Source of the DNA: a virus
Lineage: Duplodnaviria > Caudoviricetes
Strand: one strand, 5' to 3'
IMG/VR virus record: IMGVR_UViG_3300035517_000038
Coordinates: 1 to 64,000 of that record
DNA: 64,000 nt
Shown here piece after piece: positions 9,277 through 17,294 of this stretch. Each line of letters opens with the position of its first letter. Positions within the stretch are counted from its first letter, which is position 1. Below the pieces are notes generated by a model. It saw only the letters and a program-made list of their open reading frames with translations, made no database searches and had not been told where the DNA came from. The translations under genes were made by a program, and so were the position numbers.

Positions 9277-10347
9277 TTAAGGATTATTTTTTAGAGCATC
9301 GGGGTGTTTTTCCAAGTAATTTTGCAGGAAATTTACAGCAGCATCATAAGCAGTAATACCAACACCTGATGCAATACCTATATATTTAGCAGTCTGTGGG
9401 TCATCTGTGATAAAAGAAGGGTGGCTTCTTATGTACCTCGCTTTCTTACGGGTAGGCATTTTTCTAATAATAGCCTTTCTGGCAGCTGCTGCTGCTGGAT
9501 TATAGGCATCTTTTGCAATTTTACTAGCAACTCTACCACCATAAAGGTCAGAAGCAAGACCAACACCAAAGTAAAAAGCATTTTCCCAACTAGGGTCATT
9601 TATAAGATTATCTGCATCCATAACTGTTCCTATTACTGGCATATAACTCATAGCTGTCTCAAAAGCTTCTTTATTTCTATAACCTTGACTAACATCATAG
9701 TCTTGTACATATTGTTGATAAGCTTCTTGATTTTGTTGTACATCTCCAGTAGTAGCTAAAGCAGCTCCTGCACCAACAGGTATATCAGGAGGCACAACGC
9801 CATCTAAGAAACCACCAGGTTCAAACTTTCTTTGATTACCAGGTTGCCTACTATAGAACTCAACATTCATACCATTTAAGTAACCCTCACCACTATTCTC
9901 CAAATACTCTCTAGTAGCTTTATAATTCTTCTTAGTAAATTCTGAAGGTTCATATACCCATCTACCACTACCACCATAATTCTCATGCCATATACCACCA
10001 GGAGTTTCTTCATTACTATAATCACTATCAGTAGAGAATGTAGGATGATTAGGCAGTTTAAACTTATCAGTAAAATGAGCCTCAGGGTCACCATTCAACA
10101 TCTTCCAAGCATACTCAGGGTCATACTCAAAAAATCCCCTATAATCATAAGTTGGTTCTGCAGCATCTATATCATTTTCAATACCAGGTCTCCACTTTTT
10201 AACAGCATTTATCCAATCTAAATACCCACCATCAGCATAAGTATGGTAAGCATTTCTAATTTCTCTTGGAGTAGTAATACCATTATTTACTGCTATCTGT
10301 ATATACTTAGCCCTTTCGGACATTGGTAATTTATCCCACTTAATCAT
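9277..10347 (-). CDS. Multi-domain hypothetical protein with (F/Y)xxGG motifs and pre-toxin-TG-like helices (probable virion/cargo protein)
   Basis: The start is probably MIKWDKL (10347, overlapping the upstream stop) rather than 10401. YADGG and FEPGG motifs delimit domains; MPVIGTVMDA...GVGLASDLYGG resembles PT-TG. Confidence 0.55.
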   Translation of the reverse strand: MIKWDKLPMSERAKYIQIAVNNGITTPREIRNAYHTYADGGYLDWINAVKKWRPGIENDIDAAEPTYDYRGFFEYDPEYAWKMLNGDPEAHFTDKFKLPNHPTFSTDSDYSNEETPGGIWHENYGGSGRWVYEPSEFTKKNYKATREYLENSGEGYLNGMNVEFYSRQPGNQRKFEPGGFLDGVVPPDIPVGAGAALATTGDVQQNQEAYQQYVQDYDVSQGYRNKEAFETAMSYMPVIGTVMDADNLINDPSWENAFYFGVGLASDLYGGRVASKIAKDAYNPAAAAARKAIIRKMPTRKKARYIRSHPSFITDDPQTAKYIGIASGVGITAYDAAVNFLQNYLEKHPDALKNNP

Positions 10348-10757
10348 AAGAAATGAAAATAAAAAGGTGACAATATAGTATAAGCTAAAGTCATATACCA
10401 CTTAGGTTCTCTCTCTAAATCAACACTGGCAGTATGAGACCTAAACAAATGTAACTCATATAGCAGATTGTGTGCTCGCCATTCATTCACCATACTAAAT
10501 ATGGTTCTACTTCTAATAGCCATATCTGGTTCATTACACACTTCTGCAGTAGTTTGATAACCTTTTAAAACTTCCTTCATCTCAGAAAGCTTTCCTACTC
10601 TATAAGAGTTATGTATATGAGTATTAGACTCAGATAGGTTAGCACATACCTGCTGATTCTCAAAATCATGACAACAAAACATAAACATATTTATATAAAT
10701 TAAAAATGCCCACAGAATACTATGGGCATATATTTTACTTGTAATCAACAAAATCAA
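10344..10757 (-). CDS. Hypothetical protein (start uncertain, possibly about 10688)
   Basis: ORF track; EWRAHNLLY motif. Confidence 0.55.
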   Translation of the reverse strand: MILLITSKIYAHSILWAFLIYINMFMFCCHDFENQQVCANLSESNTHIHNSYRVGKLSEMKEVLKGYQTTAEVCNEPDMAIRSRTIFSMVNEWRAHNLLYELHLFRSHTASVDLEREPKWYMTLAYTILSPFYFHFL

Positions 10758-11367
10758 TCATTAATATATCATGTGTAGGATTCTCAAAGAACTCCTGCAC
10801 AATCTTCTTATTATTCTTCTTAGCATAATACCAAGGATATAAATCATCTAATCTACTATCTCCTGAATAATGTTTACCAGGTATCTCTACAGAATTACAA
10901 GAAGCATACTTATCTAAATAAGTAAGTTTATCTTTGGTGAATACATAAGGCTCTTCCCAAGTACCTTTAACCCTAGATTCTTGAAAGTTAATATTAGGAG
11001 CAATTACTTTAAAATACTCACATAGGTTATAGAATCTATCTACACAACCATCATATTCATCCTTCTCTAACACCACTCTCACATAGATAGGGTCTTTGGG
11101 ATAAGACTCTGCATAATAGTCAAGCAATACTAAAGTATCATATACAGCTTGCCGCCCTCCCTCATACTTCATAAGACCATGAGCAAATTCATAATTACCA
11201 CTCTTGTCTATCCTGAGTCTTAAATCAAAGTATCTAACACCTAAAGCTAACTGTTGTTCAATGTCAACTCTCTGACATCTAGCAATAAACTTAAAAGGTC
11301 TCATCCACCAATGTTTAGCCTGTAAATAACTCATAGAGTTATGGCTACCAAGAATCGCTTTCTTCAT
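10735..11367 (-). CDS. PI-PLC X-domain phosphodiesterase (phosphatidylinositol-specific phospholipase C-like)
   Basis: GSHNS (catalytic His), CQ...IEQQLALGVRYFDLRLR and FAHG (second His) form the classic PI-PLC signature. Confidence 0.8.
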   Translation of the reverse strand: MKKAILGSHNSMSYLQAKHWWMRPFKFIARCQRVDIEQQLALGVRYFDLRLRIDKSGNYEFAHGLMKYEGGRQAVYDTLVLLDYYAESYPKDPIYVRVVLEKDEYDGCVDRFYNLCEYFKVIAPNINFQESRVKGTWEEPYVFTKDKLTYLDKYASCNSVEIPGKHYSGDSRLDDLYPWYYAKKNNKKIVQEFFENPTHDILMIDFVDYK

Positions 11368-11684
11368 GTTATCTTATCCTTATATTTATTAAATAGTTCT
11401 TGCATACATCTAGCTAACCACTCTACAAGAGGCTCATCATTGCTACACTGGTTATATTGACCTTCCGAGAGGATTACATGAGTTAACTCATGTAGGAGAG
11501 TCCTTTGTATCTCATCACTGCTATATGGTTTACCATTAGGTCTTTTAGTAGAAACATAGACAATATTATCACCATAGATAGTTTGTCCAAATGTAATAGT
11601 ACCATCTTCTGTTTGTATCTTATCTACAAACTTAACCTGCCAATTATTACCAGCAATTTTAATCTTAAAGTCTTTTGTAATCAT
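11364..11684 (-). CDS. Small zincin-like metallopeptidase
   Basis: TLLHELTHVIL (HExxH) with downstream DEPLVE; ATG at 11684 preferred over TTG at 11696. Confidence 0.65.
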   Translation of the reverse strand: MITKDFKIKIAGNNWQVKFVDKIQTEDGTITFGQTIYGDNIVYVSTKRPNGKPYSSDEIQRTLLHELTHVILSEGQYNQCSNDEPLVEWLARCMQELFNKYKDKIT

Positions 11685-11702
11685 ACTGCTACTCAAGTAG
11701 GG

Positions 11703-11768
11703 AAAAATAAAAGGATAGCTAAACGTAAGCCTTCTTCTAATGTTGTGCTTATCACATTTAACTATCCT
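11703..11768 (-). terminator. Long hairpin plus U-tract (terminator/attenuator)
   Basis: Minus strand AGGATAGTTAAATG..TAAGC-[16 nt loop]-GCTTA-CGTTTAGCTATCCT-TTTATTTTT. Confidence 0.55.
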
Positions 11769-11774
11769 GTGAGA

Positions 11775-11984
11775 CTATTCCACACTAATAACATTTAATG
11801 TGATTTCTTCTTTTCTTTTGTGTCTTCTTTTCTTCTTGCCTTTATTCTCTTCCGTATATATTCTTAACTTAGGAACCTTACAAGCCTCATCCTTCTGCCA
11901 CTCTCCTAGCAGAGTATCAGGATTCCTAAACACGTTTGCTACTCCATCGGAGTAATGAATGTAAAATACCATTTTCTCTTCCAT
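11775..11984 (-). CDS. Small basic hypothetical protein
   Basis: 69 aa, KGKKKRRHKRK patch; first gene of the leftward unit. Confidence 0.55.
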   Translation of the reverse strand: MEEKMVFYIHYSDGVANVFRNPDTLLGEWQKDEACKVPKLRIYTEENKGKKKRRHKRKEEITLNVISVE

Positions 11985-12012
11985 TTAAATTTAGACACAA
12001 TTATGAACTTTC

Positions 12013-12273
12013 TTAAATATCCACTTACTTATTTACCCTTAGATTATAAAGAGACCTAGTGATTTTTTACCCTTTTAATCACCCAGGCGGTAGATTCCTC
12101 TACCAATTATAAGTAGTTGTAGAAGGCGTTTATATATTATTAGTTCTTCTCTTATTTATCTCTAGCCCCAATTACCTCAGCCCTGTAGCTGGTATCCTTT
12201 ACTTTCCCAGATTGGCTTGGGGACTTCTACACCTACTTATAATCTCTATCTATGTAAATAAGTGGATATTTAA
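12013..12273 (-). ncRNA. Candidate ~260-nt multibranched structured RNA / 5' leader
   Basis: 15-bp perfect outer stem (12013-12027 / 12259-12273), 19/20-bp inner stem (12106-12125 / 12224-12243), and a GGAA-capped hairpin on the minus strand (12089-12104); lies directly downstream of the promoter at 12309-12340. Confidence 0.6.
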
Positions 12274-12308
12274 TACTTGCCACTCTCATACATCTTGTAT
12301 GTATGGTA

Positions 12309-12340
12309 CAAAGGTATGTAAAAAAATTGATATATGCAAG
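12309..12340 (-). promoter_or_regulatory. Bacteroidetes sigmaA-type promoter for the leftward late unit
   Basis: Minus strand CTTG-N20-TACCTTTG. Confidence 0.75.
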
Positions 12341-12379
12341 TGCTTAAGGAAAATACTTTATATAATGTAAGAATAGTTA

Positions 12380-12500
12380 TTGTTGAAATTTTTTTTAAAA
12401 TTTTCTGAATTTTTGAAATTTTTCTGTATTTATGGGAGAAGGGGATAGCCACCCGAACCCTCCCCCAGTTTTTGCAGCATGGGCACACGCCCCTCTACTG
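12380..12500. other. Strand-switch region with A/T tracts followed by a GC-rich patch (candidate genome end/pac or origin)
   Basis: Repeated AAATTTT tracts at 12386-12424, then GGGAGAAGGGGATAGCCACCCGAACCCTCCCCC; lies between the divergent late and early blocks. Confidence 0.35.
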
Positions 12501-12557
12501 CAAATTTCATGTTAAACATTTTCATGCCACGTGTCAGGAAATACACGCCCAAAAGCC

Positions 12558-12857
12558 ATGTCTACAGAAATGAAGACCCGCAACCCCAAATCAGCTATCG
12601 CTCTCATCAAAGCCGAAAAAGACGAAATCATCTTCGGCAAAAATAAGGCAGGCCATGGATGGTTTGCTTGCGGTAACACTGAAGGCTATGTTAGCCCGAA
12701 GGCTTACGCAGAACTCCTCAAGAAGGAAGACTGCGACCTCAACCAGCTTCGCGTGGTTGAGTGCCAAAAGCCTGGCGACACCAAGTGGGTACCAGTGATG
12801 CAAATTACTGGCGGCAACAATGTCGCAGGCCGTGTGGGCGCACAATATCTCGATTGA
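12558..12857 (+). CDS. First early gene, hypothetical, markedly GC-rich
   Basis: ATG at 12558 (track starts at GTG 12531); many C/G-ending codons, unlike the rest of the genome. Confidence 0.75.
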   Translation: MSTEMKTRNPKSAIALIKAEKDEIIFGKNKAGHGWFACGNTEGYVSPKAYAELLKKEDCDLNQLRVVECQKPGDTKWVPVMQITGGNNVAGRVGAQYLD

Positions 12858-12867
12858 GATATTGCGC

Positions 12868-13320
12868 TCCACACCTCCTATGGTAATCCCTATGCAGGCT
12901 GCAAAGTCTGCAATAGGGATTTAGGGGGAGGCTAAAGGTGTAGCAAAATAGCGCACATTAAAAATGTAGATAACTAAATTTAACAGGTTGAGGCCCTTAA
13001 GAACCTCTACTGTTTGTTGGTGTAGTAAGTTAATAACCAACCATTCTTTATAGAATCCTGCAGTAAATCCATAGAGAATGAATATGTTTTGTTAAGTGCA
13101 AACAACACTATAATCTGTTGTGACTTTCTGTCAAAAGGACAGTAATAAAAAACTCAATAACTTCCCAAGATGTTGAGGGCACCAGTTTCTTTATATGATT
13201 TATCAAAGAACCAGTAAGTTTAGAGGAGATAGACCTCACACTTTAAGTGGACTGAATTTCTAATAGTAATATTAGAGTGGGGAGATAAATTAGTAACAAT
13301 ATAAAGTTTTAGGTGTAAAA
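12868..13320 (+). ncRNA. Non-coding hairpin-rich region (candidate structured RNAs or regulatory array)
   Basis: No long ORF; successive stems include a GCAA-capped long hairpin (12885-12911), AACAG..GAGG/CCTC..CTGTT, GTTGGT/ACCAAC, CATTCTTTAT/ATAGAGAATG and ATTTATC...GATAAAT. Confidence 0.45.
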
Positions 13321-13353
13321 CACAAAATATTAATCCACTAAAACAAGAATAAA

Positions 13354-13449
13354 ATGGAAAACAAGAACAACTACAACACTGGCTCACTTTTCTTTATTGT
13401 TAATGGTGTACTCTATTCAGAGTGCCCGACTAAAGAGGACCTTCAATAA
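13354..13449 (+). CDS. Small early peptide (31 aa)
   Basis: MENKNNYNTGSLFFIVNGVLYSECPTKEDLQ preceded by an A-rich Bacteroidetes-type initiation region. Confidence 0.5.
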   Translation: MENKNNYNTGSLFFIVNGVLYSECPTKEDLQ

Positions 13450-13489
13450 GGTCCTCTTGCTAAAATATTAACACTAAATATCTAGAGAT

Positions 13490-13798
13490 ATGAAGAAAAA
13501 TACAATCATTGAGGTTGACCTTCTTGGTACAATCATCAAAACTGCTGTCTTAGATTCCTATGGCGTCAATGACAATGACATTGTATATTTGTGCTATGCA
13601 CAAAACAGACTCTTTAATATTATGGAGCAAAATGATACTCATTTAGACTATGATTCTGAAGAAGAATATAAAGTTATTCACACAGTTAATTACTGTTTGA
13701 TTAATACAGTCTGTGAGTATTGCACAATGCCTGAAATCGAAGAAAAGATTGAAGGTACTAAACCTGTTGAACGTATTATCTTAGGTATAACTCGTTAG
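13490..13798 (+). CDS. Hypothetical early protein
   Basis: ORF track, 102 aa, A-rich leader. Confidence 0.7.
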   Translation: MKKNTIIEVDLLGTIIKTAVLDSYGVNDNDIVYLCYAQNRLFNIMEQNDTHLDYDSEEEYKVIHTVNYCLINTVCEYCTMPEIEEKIEGTKPVERIILGITR

Positions 13799-13833
13799 AG
13801 TTATGCTTAAGGTAATAACTAAATCAATAGCAA

Positions 13834-14214
13834 ATGACTCAACAACAATTAGACATTAAAGCACTTAAAGAATTAAAAGCTATGCTGTTACAAACTGAAA
13901 ATACTCTCAACTATAAGCTTGAGAAAACACTTGTTCCTGGTGTTAAATTAGCTAATCTCTATGTAGATTGGGCTAATGTAGGAATGAATCCTATTGCAGT
14001 TGCTCATCTTTTCTTGAAGCAATTCAATCAGGTAATTGACAGAGATGGTGGAGGTTTCCGCAAGTCTCTTGGTCGTTTAAATAGTGAGGAAAAAATATAT
14101 ATCCGCACTTGGGACAATGACCTTCAGGCATTTGAAAACTTCTTCATCGAAAAAGACAAAAATGGTCTTACTCTCTATTCTGCAGTGCAAGACTATAAAA
14201 TTGTAAAACTTTAA
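13834..14214 (+). CDS. Hypothetical early protein
   Basis: ORF track, 126 aa. Confidence 0.7.
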   Translation: MTQQQLDIKALKELKAMLLQTENTLNYKLEKTLVPGVKLANLYVDWANVGMNPIAVAHLFLKQFNQVIDRDGGGFRKSLGRLNSEEKIYIRTWDNDLQAFENFFIEKDKNGLTLYSAVQDYKIVKL

Positions 14215-14226
14215 ACAAAGACAATT

Positions 14227-14538
14227 ATGAAAGAATACATTCTTACACCAAAGACCACTGAAGAGGTTGTTGCTATCTACAATGTAGACAATGACCTCTA
14301 TCTTCAAAGTACCACAAGACTGAACACTATTAATGCTATCATCAAAGCTATCAATGATATTACAAGTGTAGAACTTACAAAAGCCACACTTGTAGAATTA
14401 ATCAGAGATGCTAAAGTGGCAGCAGTGACTACAAATCTTGGTACTGGCTACTACAAACTTACTGTAGCAAAAAACAACACTTACATCAAATTCACTATTA
14501 CCTCAAATGTTAATGAGGTAGAGTGGAAACAAATTTAA
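14227..14538 (+). CDS. Hypothetical early protein
   Basis: ORF track, 103 aa. Confidence 0.7.
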   Translation: MKEYILTPKTTEEVVAIYNVDNDLYLQSTTRLNTINAIIKAINDITSVELTKATLVELIRDAKVAAVTTNLGTGYYKLTVAKNNTYIKFTITSNVNEVEWKQI

Positions 14539-14551
14539 ACTCCAATCAGAA

Positions 14552-14878
14552 ATGAAGAAAATTAAATCAAGCAATAAGCCTTTCATCGTGGTAGCCATTT
14601 TGGCTGCCATGATGTTTATTGGTACAATATCTGCATTTGCAGATGTAGTTCGTAATGGTGATACTTTTAAAGTAGAAGCCAAGAGTGATTCAGCGGATGC
14701 AAAGAAAACACGCTTTACTTGGGAAGATAAAGAGGGTAAAACTTATCCTATTTATGTTACCAAGAATGGTGCTTGCTATGTATATCGAATCTCCAAGAAA
14801 ACTGGTAAAGAGTATAAATACTATCTACCTAAAGAAGTTGGAGGTACAATTGTCAAAGAACTCAATATTAAACTATGA
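14552..14878 (+). CDS. Secreted/periplasmic hypothetical protein
   Basis: Signal-peptide-like N-terminus (basic stretch, hydrophobic stretch, AFA-D). Confidence 0.7.
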   Translation: MKKIKSSNKPFIVVAILAAMMFIGTISAFADVVRNGDTFKVEAKSDSADAKKTRFTWEDKEGKTYPIYVTKNGACYVYRISKKTGKEYKYYLPKEVGGTIVKELNIKL

Positions 14879-15150
14879 GCTGGGCAGAAGAACAAGCATG
14901 GTTTGGGTCTGAAGATATGATTCTTCAGGCCCGACAACGCTACTTTGAGTTATTAGAAGAAGGTATTTGGAAAACTCAGAAAGGTGAATATCTCAAAATT
15001 AGAGATATGGACACTAACCATATTAAGAATTGTATTAAATGTATATACAAATCTAATGGTAATTGGAGACCTGAGTATTTAAGACTCTTTGAAAATGAAC
15101 TCAGACGTAGAAAGTATGAAATAGTTATAAAACTCAAAATAACACTATAA
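14875..15150 (+). CDS. Hypothetical phage protein
   Basis: WKTQKGEYLKIRDMDTNHIKNCI motif; ATGA overlap with the upstream gene. Confidence 0.7.
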   Translation: MSWAEEQAWFGSEDMILQARQRYFELLEEGIWKTQKGEYLKIRDMDTNHIKNCIKCIYKSNGNWRPEYLRLFENELRRRKYEIVIKLKITL

Positions 15151-15785
15151 TGGCACAAGAAAATAAAACTATACAAGTAAATATAACCCTCGAACAAGCA
15201 AGAGAATGGGCACAAAGCGGCAATAAAACCCTAAGAGAACTAGCTGAAAGTAATTTCCCATACTATGATTTATTTCCTCATTTATATTATGAGAAAATTC
15301 AGTGTATGGGAGATGTACTGGATTATTTAGGTATTAAAAGAAGTGACTATCTACACACAATAGATATGCTCAAATATCTGAATGATGATACTCTTATACA
15401 TACATATAAGATAAATCTTATAGCTAAAGCTATTAATGGTAAAGATTGGGTTCCCTCTGACCTTGATGCTGTATATATTCCTGAAATTATCTTAGAAGTC
15501 TGCACTGAAGAATCTCTCCCTCAATTAAAAAAGAGGTATGAGAACTCCCATTATTTTATTTGTATCACTAAAGATGATAATTGGATTAATGGTAGAGAGG
15601 ATTTCAGATATGCTGTATTTATGCATACTGATAGACTTCAAGGTCATGCTAATATGGGAAGAAGTATGAATGGCAACCTTACTAATGAGATTTATTTTGA
15701 AACTCATGCTAAATTAGAACATACTTTTATGTACTTTGGCAGAGAATTATTTGACTTTTATAAAGGAACTGCACCTTTGAAATAA
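15150..15785 (+). CDS. Hypothetical protein
   Basis: 211 aa, TAATG coupling; ITLEQAREW...LRELA and IAKAING..W.P motifs typical of Bacteroidetes phage hypotheticals. Confidence 0.7.
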   Translation: MAQENKTIQVNITLEQAREWAQSGNKTLRELAESNFPYYDLFPHLYYEKIQCMGDVLDYLGIKRSDYLHTIDMLKYLNDDTLIHTYKINLIAKAINGKDWVPSDLDAVYIPEIILEVCTEESLPQLKKRYENSHYFICITKDDNWINGREDFRYAVFMHTDRLQGHANMGRSMNGNLTNEIYFETHAKLEHTFMYFGRELFDFYKGTAPLK

Positions 15786-15788
15786 TCT

Positions 15789-15820
15789 CAATTTATCGCA
15801 ATTTATCGCAAATTGCGATA
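15789..15820. repeat. 10-bp tandem duplication plus palindrome
   Basis: ATTTATCGCA x2, with an overlapping inverted repeat TATCGCAA-A-TTGCGATA just 5' of a tRNA. Confidence 0.6.
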
Positions 15821-15825
15821 TTCAA

Positions 15826-15897
15826 GCTCTCATAGTTCAACGGATAGAACAATGGTTTCCTAAACCATAAATAAGGGTTCGATTCCCTTTGAGAGTA
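15826..15897 (+). tRNA. tRNA-Arg(CCT)
   Basis: Acceptor GCTCTCA/TGAGAGT, anticodon arm ATGGT-TTCCTAA-ACCAT, T-loop GGTTCGATTCC; no encoded CCA. Confidence 0.92.
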
Positions 15898-15927
15898 CAA
15901 AATATTAATCACTTAAAACAAACAATT

Positions 15928-16257
15928 ATGGAAGCAAGAAAAAACCACTATTGGACAAAAGAAGAAAATGACATCCTAGTTAAGGCTATCATTAAACACC
16001 CTCATAATAGGTCTGCAGCCTTTAGAGAGGCTAATACCAAAATGCCTAATCGTAGCTTTAAAAGTATAGAAGCTCACTGGTATTGCATAATAGGTAATCC
16101 TCAACATAAAGAGTATGTAGGTACTCTATTTATGACTATCTCTAATAATTCTACATTGCTTAATCGCACAGTAGTTAGAGAAAACAGCCTTGTTACTCCA
16201 GTAGGAGTACTAACAAGAGTATGGACTGCAATCAAGAATCTCTTAAACCTTCATTAA
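15928..16257 (+). CDS. Myb/SANT-like HTH protein
   Basis: WTKEENDIL...MPNRSFKSIEAHW; the track start (15889) overlaps the tRNA, so ATG 15928 is used. Confidence 0.6.
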   Translation: MEARKNHYWTKEENDILVKAIIKHPHNRSAAFREANTKMPNRSFKSIEAHWYCIIGNPQHKEYVGTLFMTISNNSTLLNRTVVRENSLVTPVGVLTRVWTAIKNLLNLH

Positions 16258-16258
16258 T

Positions 16259-16471
16259 ATGGTTATCTTTGAAATTATTCTTTATACCTTCATTTGCATT
16301 GCTATATTTGCATTTGGATGGTCAGTGCTCCTTATGTATATTAAGGATGTATTCGCTTTACATAAACACCCTAAAGCAGCTGCTATTATACAATTGTTTA
16401 TGTTGACAACTCTTATATCATCTATTGTTTATTCAATTTGTTACCATTATAATATACAACTATGGAATTAA
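16259..16471 (+). CDS. Small two-TM membrane protein
   Basis: Two hydrophobic stretches. Confidence 0.6.
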   Translation: MVIFEIILYTFICIAIFAFGWSVLLMYIKDVFALHKHPKAAAIIQLFMLTTLISSIVYSICYHYNIQLWN

Positions 16472-16620
16472 TAGAAAAAGTATTCTATGCTCTCGATGAT
16501 GTTATTCTACATTCTTTAGGCGGAATCCTCTTATATTTTTTATTTGTAGCCCGCTCAAATGATATGAAGAAACTCAGAAATACTCTTGATGAGCTGAATG
16601 AAAATTTGAAAAAATACTAA
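16462..16620 (+). CDS. Small membrane protein (52 aa)
   Basis: Hand-translated MELIEKVFYALDDVILHSLGGILLYFLFVARSNDMKKLRNTLDELNENLKKY. Confidence 0.55.
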   Translation: MELIEKVFYALDDVILHSLGGILLYFLFVARSNDMKKLRNTLDELNENLKKY

Positions 16621-16625
16621 AAATA

Positions 16626-16781
16626 ATGGAATTAACAGAAGAACAACTGGATGCTCTATATGAGTCCCTCTTCGATGCTGAGAAACTTGGAAACACCGCT
16701 GCTATAGAGAAAATCTATAGGCGGTGTCTCCAATACTCAAATGGTCATGCTCTAGCAGAGTTGGCTAAAGAACTTATGTAA
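16626..16781 (+). CDS. Small hypothetical protein (51 aa)
   Basis: Hand-translated MELTEEQLDALYESLFDAEKLG...ELAKELM. Confidence 0.55.
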   Translation: MELTEEQLDALYESLFDAEKLGNTAAIEKIYRRCLQYSNGHALAELAKELM

Positions 16782-16803
16782 TTATTAAACAACTATCAAA
16801 ATT

Positions 16804-17106
16804 ATGGAAGAAACAAAAAAGAAAATTAATTGGAAATCAGTATTGCTTGATGCGGGATTTTATTTGGTAATGATTCTCATTGGAGTTAATGTAGGAAGCT
16901 GGATAACCCGAAGTTATTATTCCAAACAACATGAACAAGATGTAGAACTTCTCAATCTCTATAATGATTACTATGAAAGTAGTGCTCAACTTATTGGGGA
17001 TTTCATAGACAGTAATGACACTCTTGAATGTTCACCAAATAATTGGAATAATTGTTATTCCGCTTTTAAAAGCTTATATGAATATCTAAATGACGAAGAA
17101 CTATGA
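16804..17106 (+). CDS. Membrane-anchored hypothetical protein
   Basis: N-terminal TM segment. Confidence 0.65.
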   Translation: MEETKKKINWKSVLLDAGFYLVMILIGVNVGSWITRSYYSKQHEQDVELLNLYNDYYESSAQLIGDFIDSNDTLECSPNNWNNCYSAFKSLYEYLNDEEL

Positions 17107-17270
17107 AAACAAGAAAAGTAACATCCTCAGGAATTATTGTTGAGTTGCAGGATAAAACTGTAACTACTATATATGGAAAACACAACATTTGCATGACTAT
17201 GTTCCCTAATAGAGCTGCCGCTGTTAAGGAATTTAACAAACACCGACAAAGTAATAGTCATATACTTTAA
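17103..17270 (+). CDS. Small hypothetical protein (55 aa)
   Basis: ATGA overlap with the upstream gene; MKTRKVTSSGIIVELQDK... Confidence 0.5.
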   Translation: MKTRKVTSSGIIVELQDKTVTTIYGKHNICMTMFPNRAAAVKEFNKHRQSNSHIL

Positions 17271-17294
17271 AAAATGTTAAAAGACATTGGAACA

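Noticed and set aside
12270-12488. 72-aa minus-strand ORF
   Set aside because: It spans the promoter and A-tract region, has low-complexity composition and is not credible as a gene.
12868-12925. HDV-like ribozyme suggested by GGCTAA followed by AGGTGT pairing to ACACCT
   Set aside because: I could not place P1, P3 and L3 in the required order.
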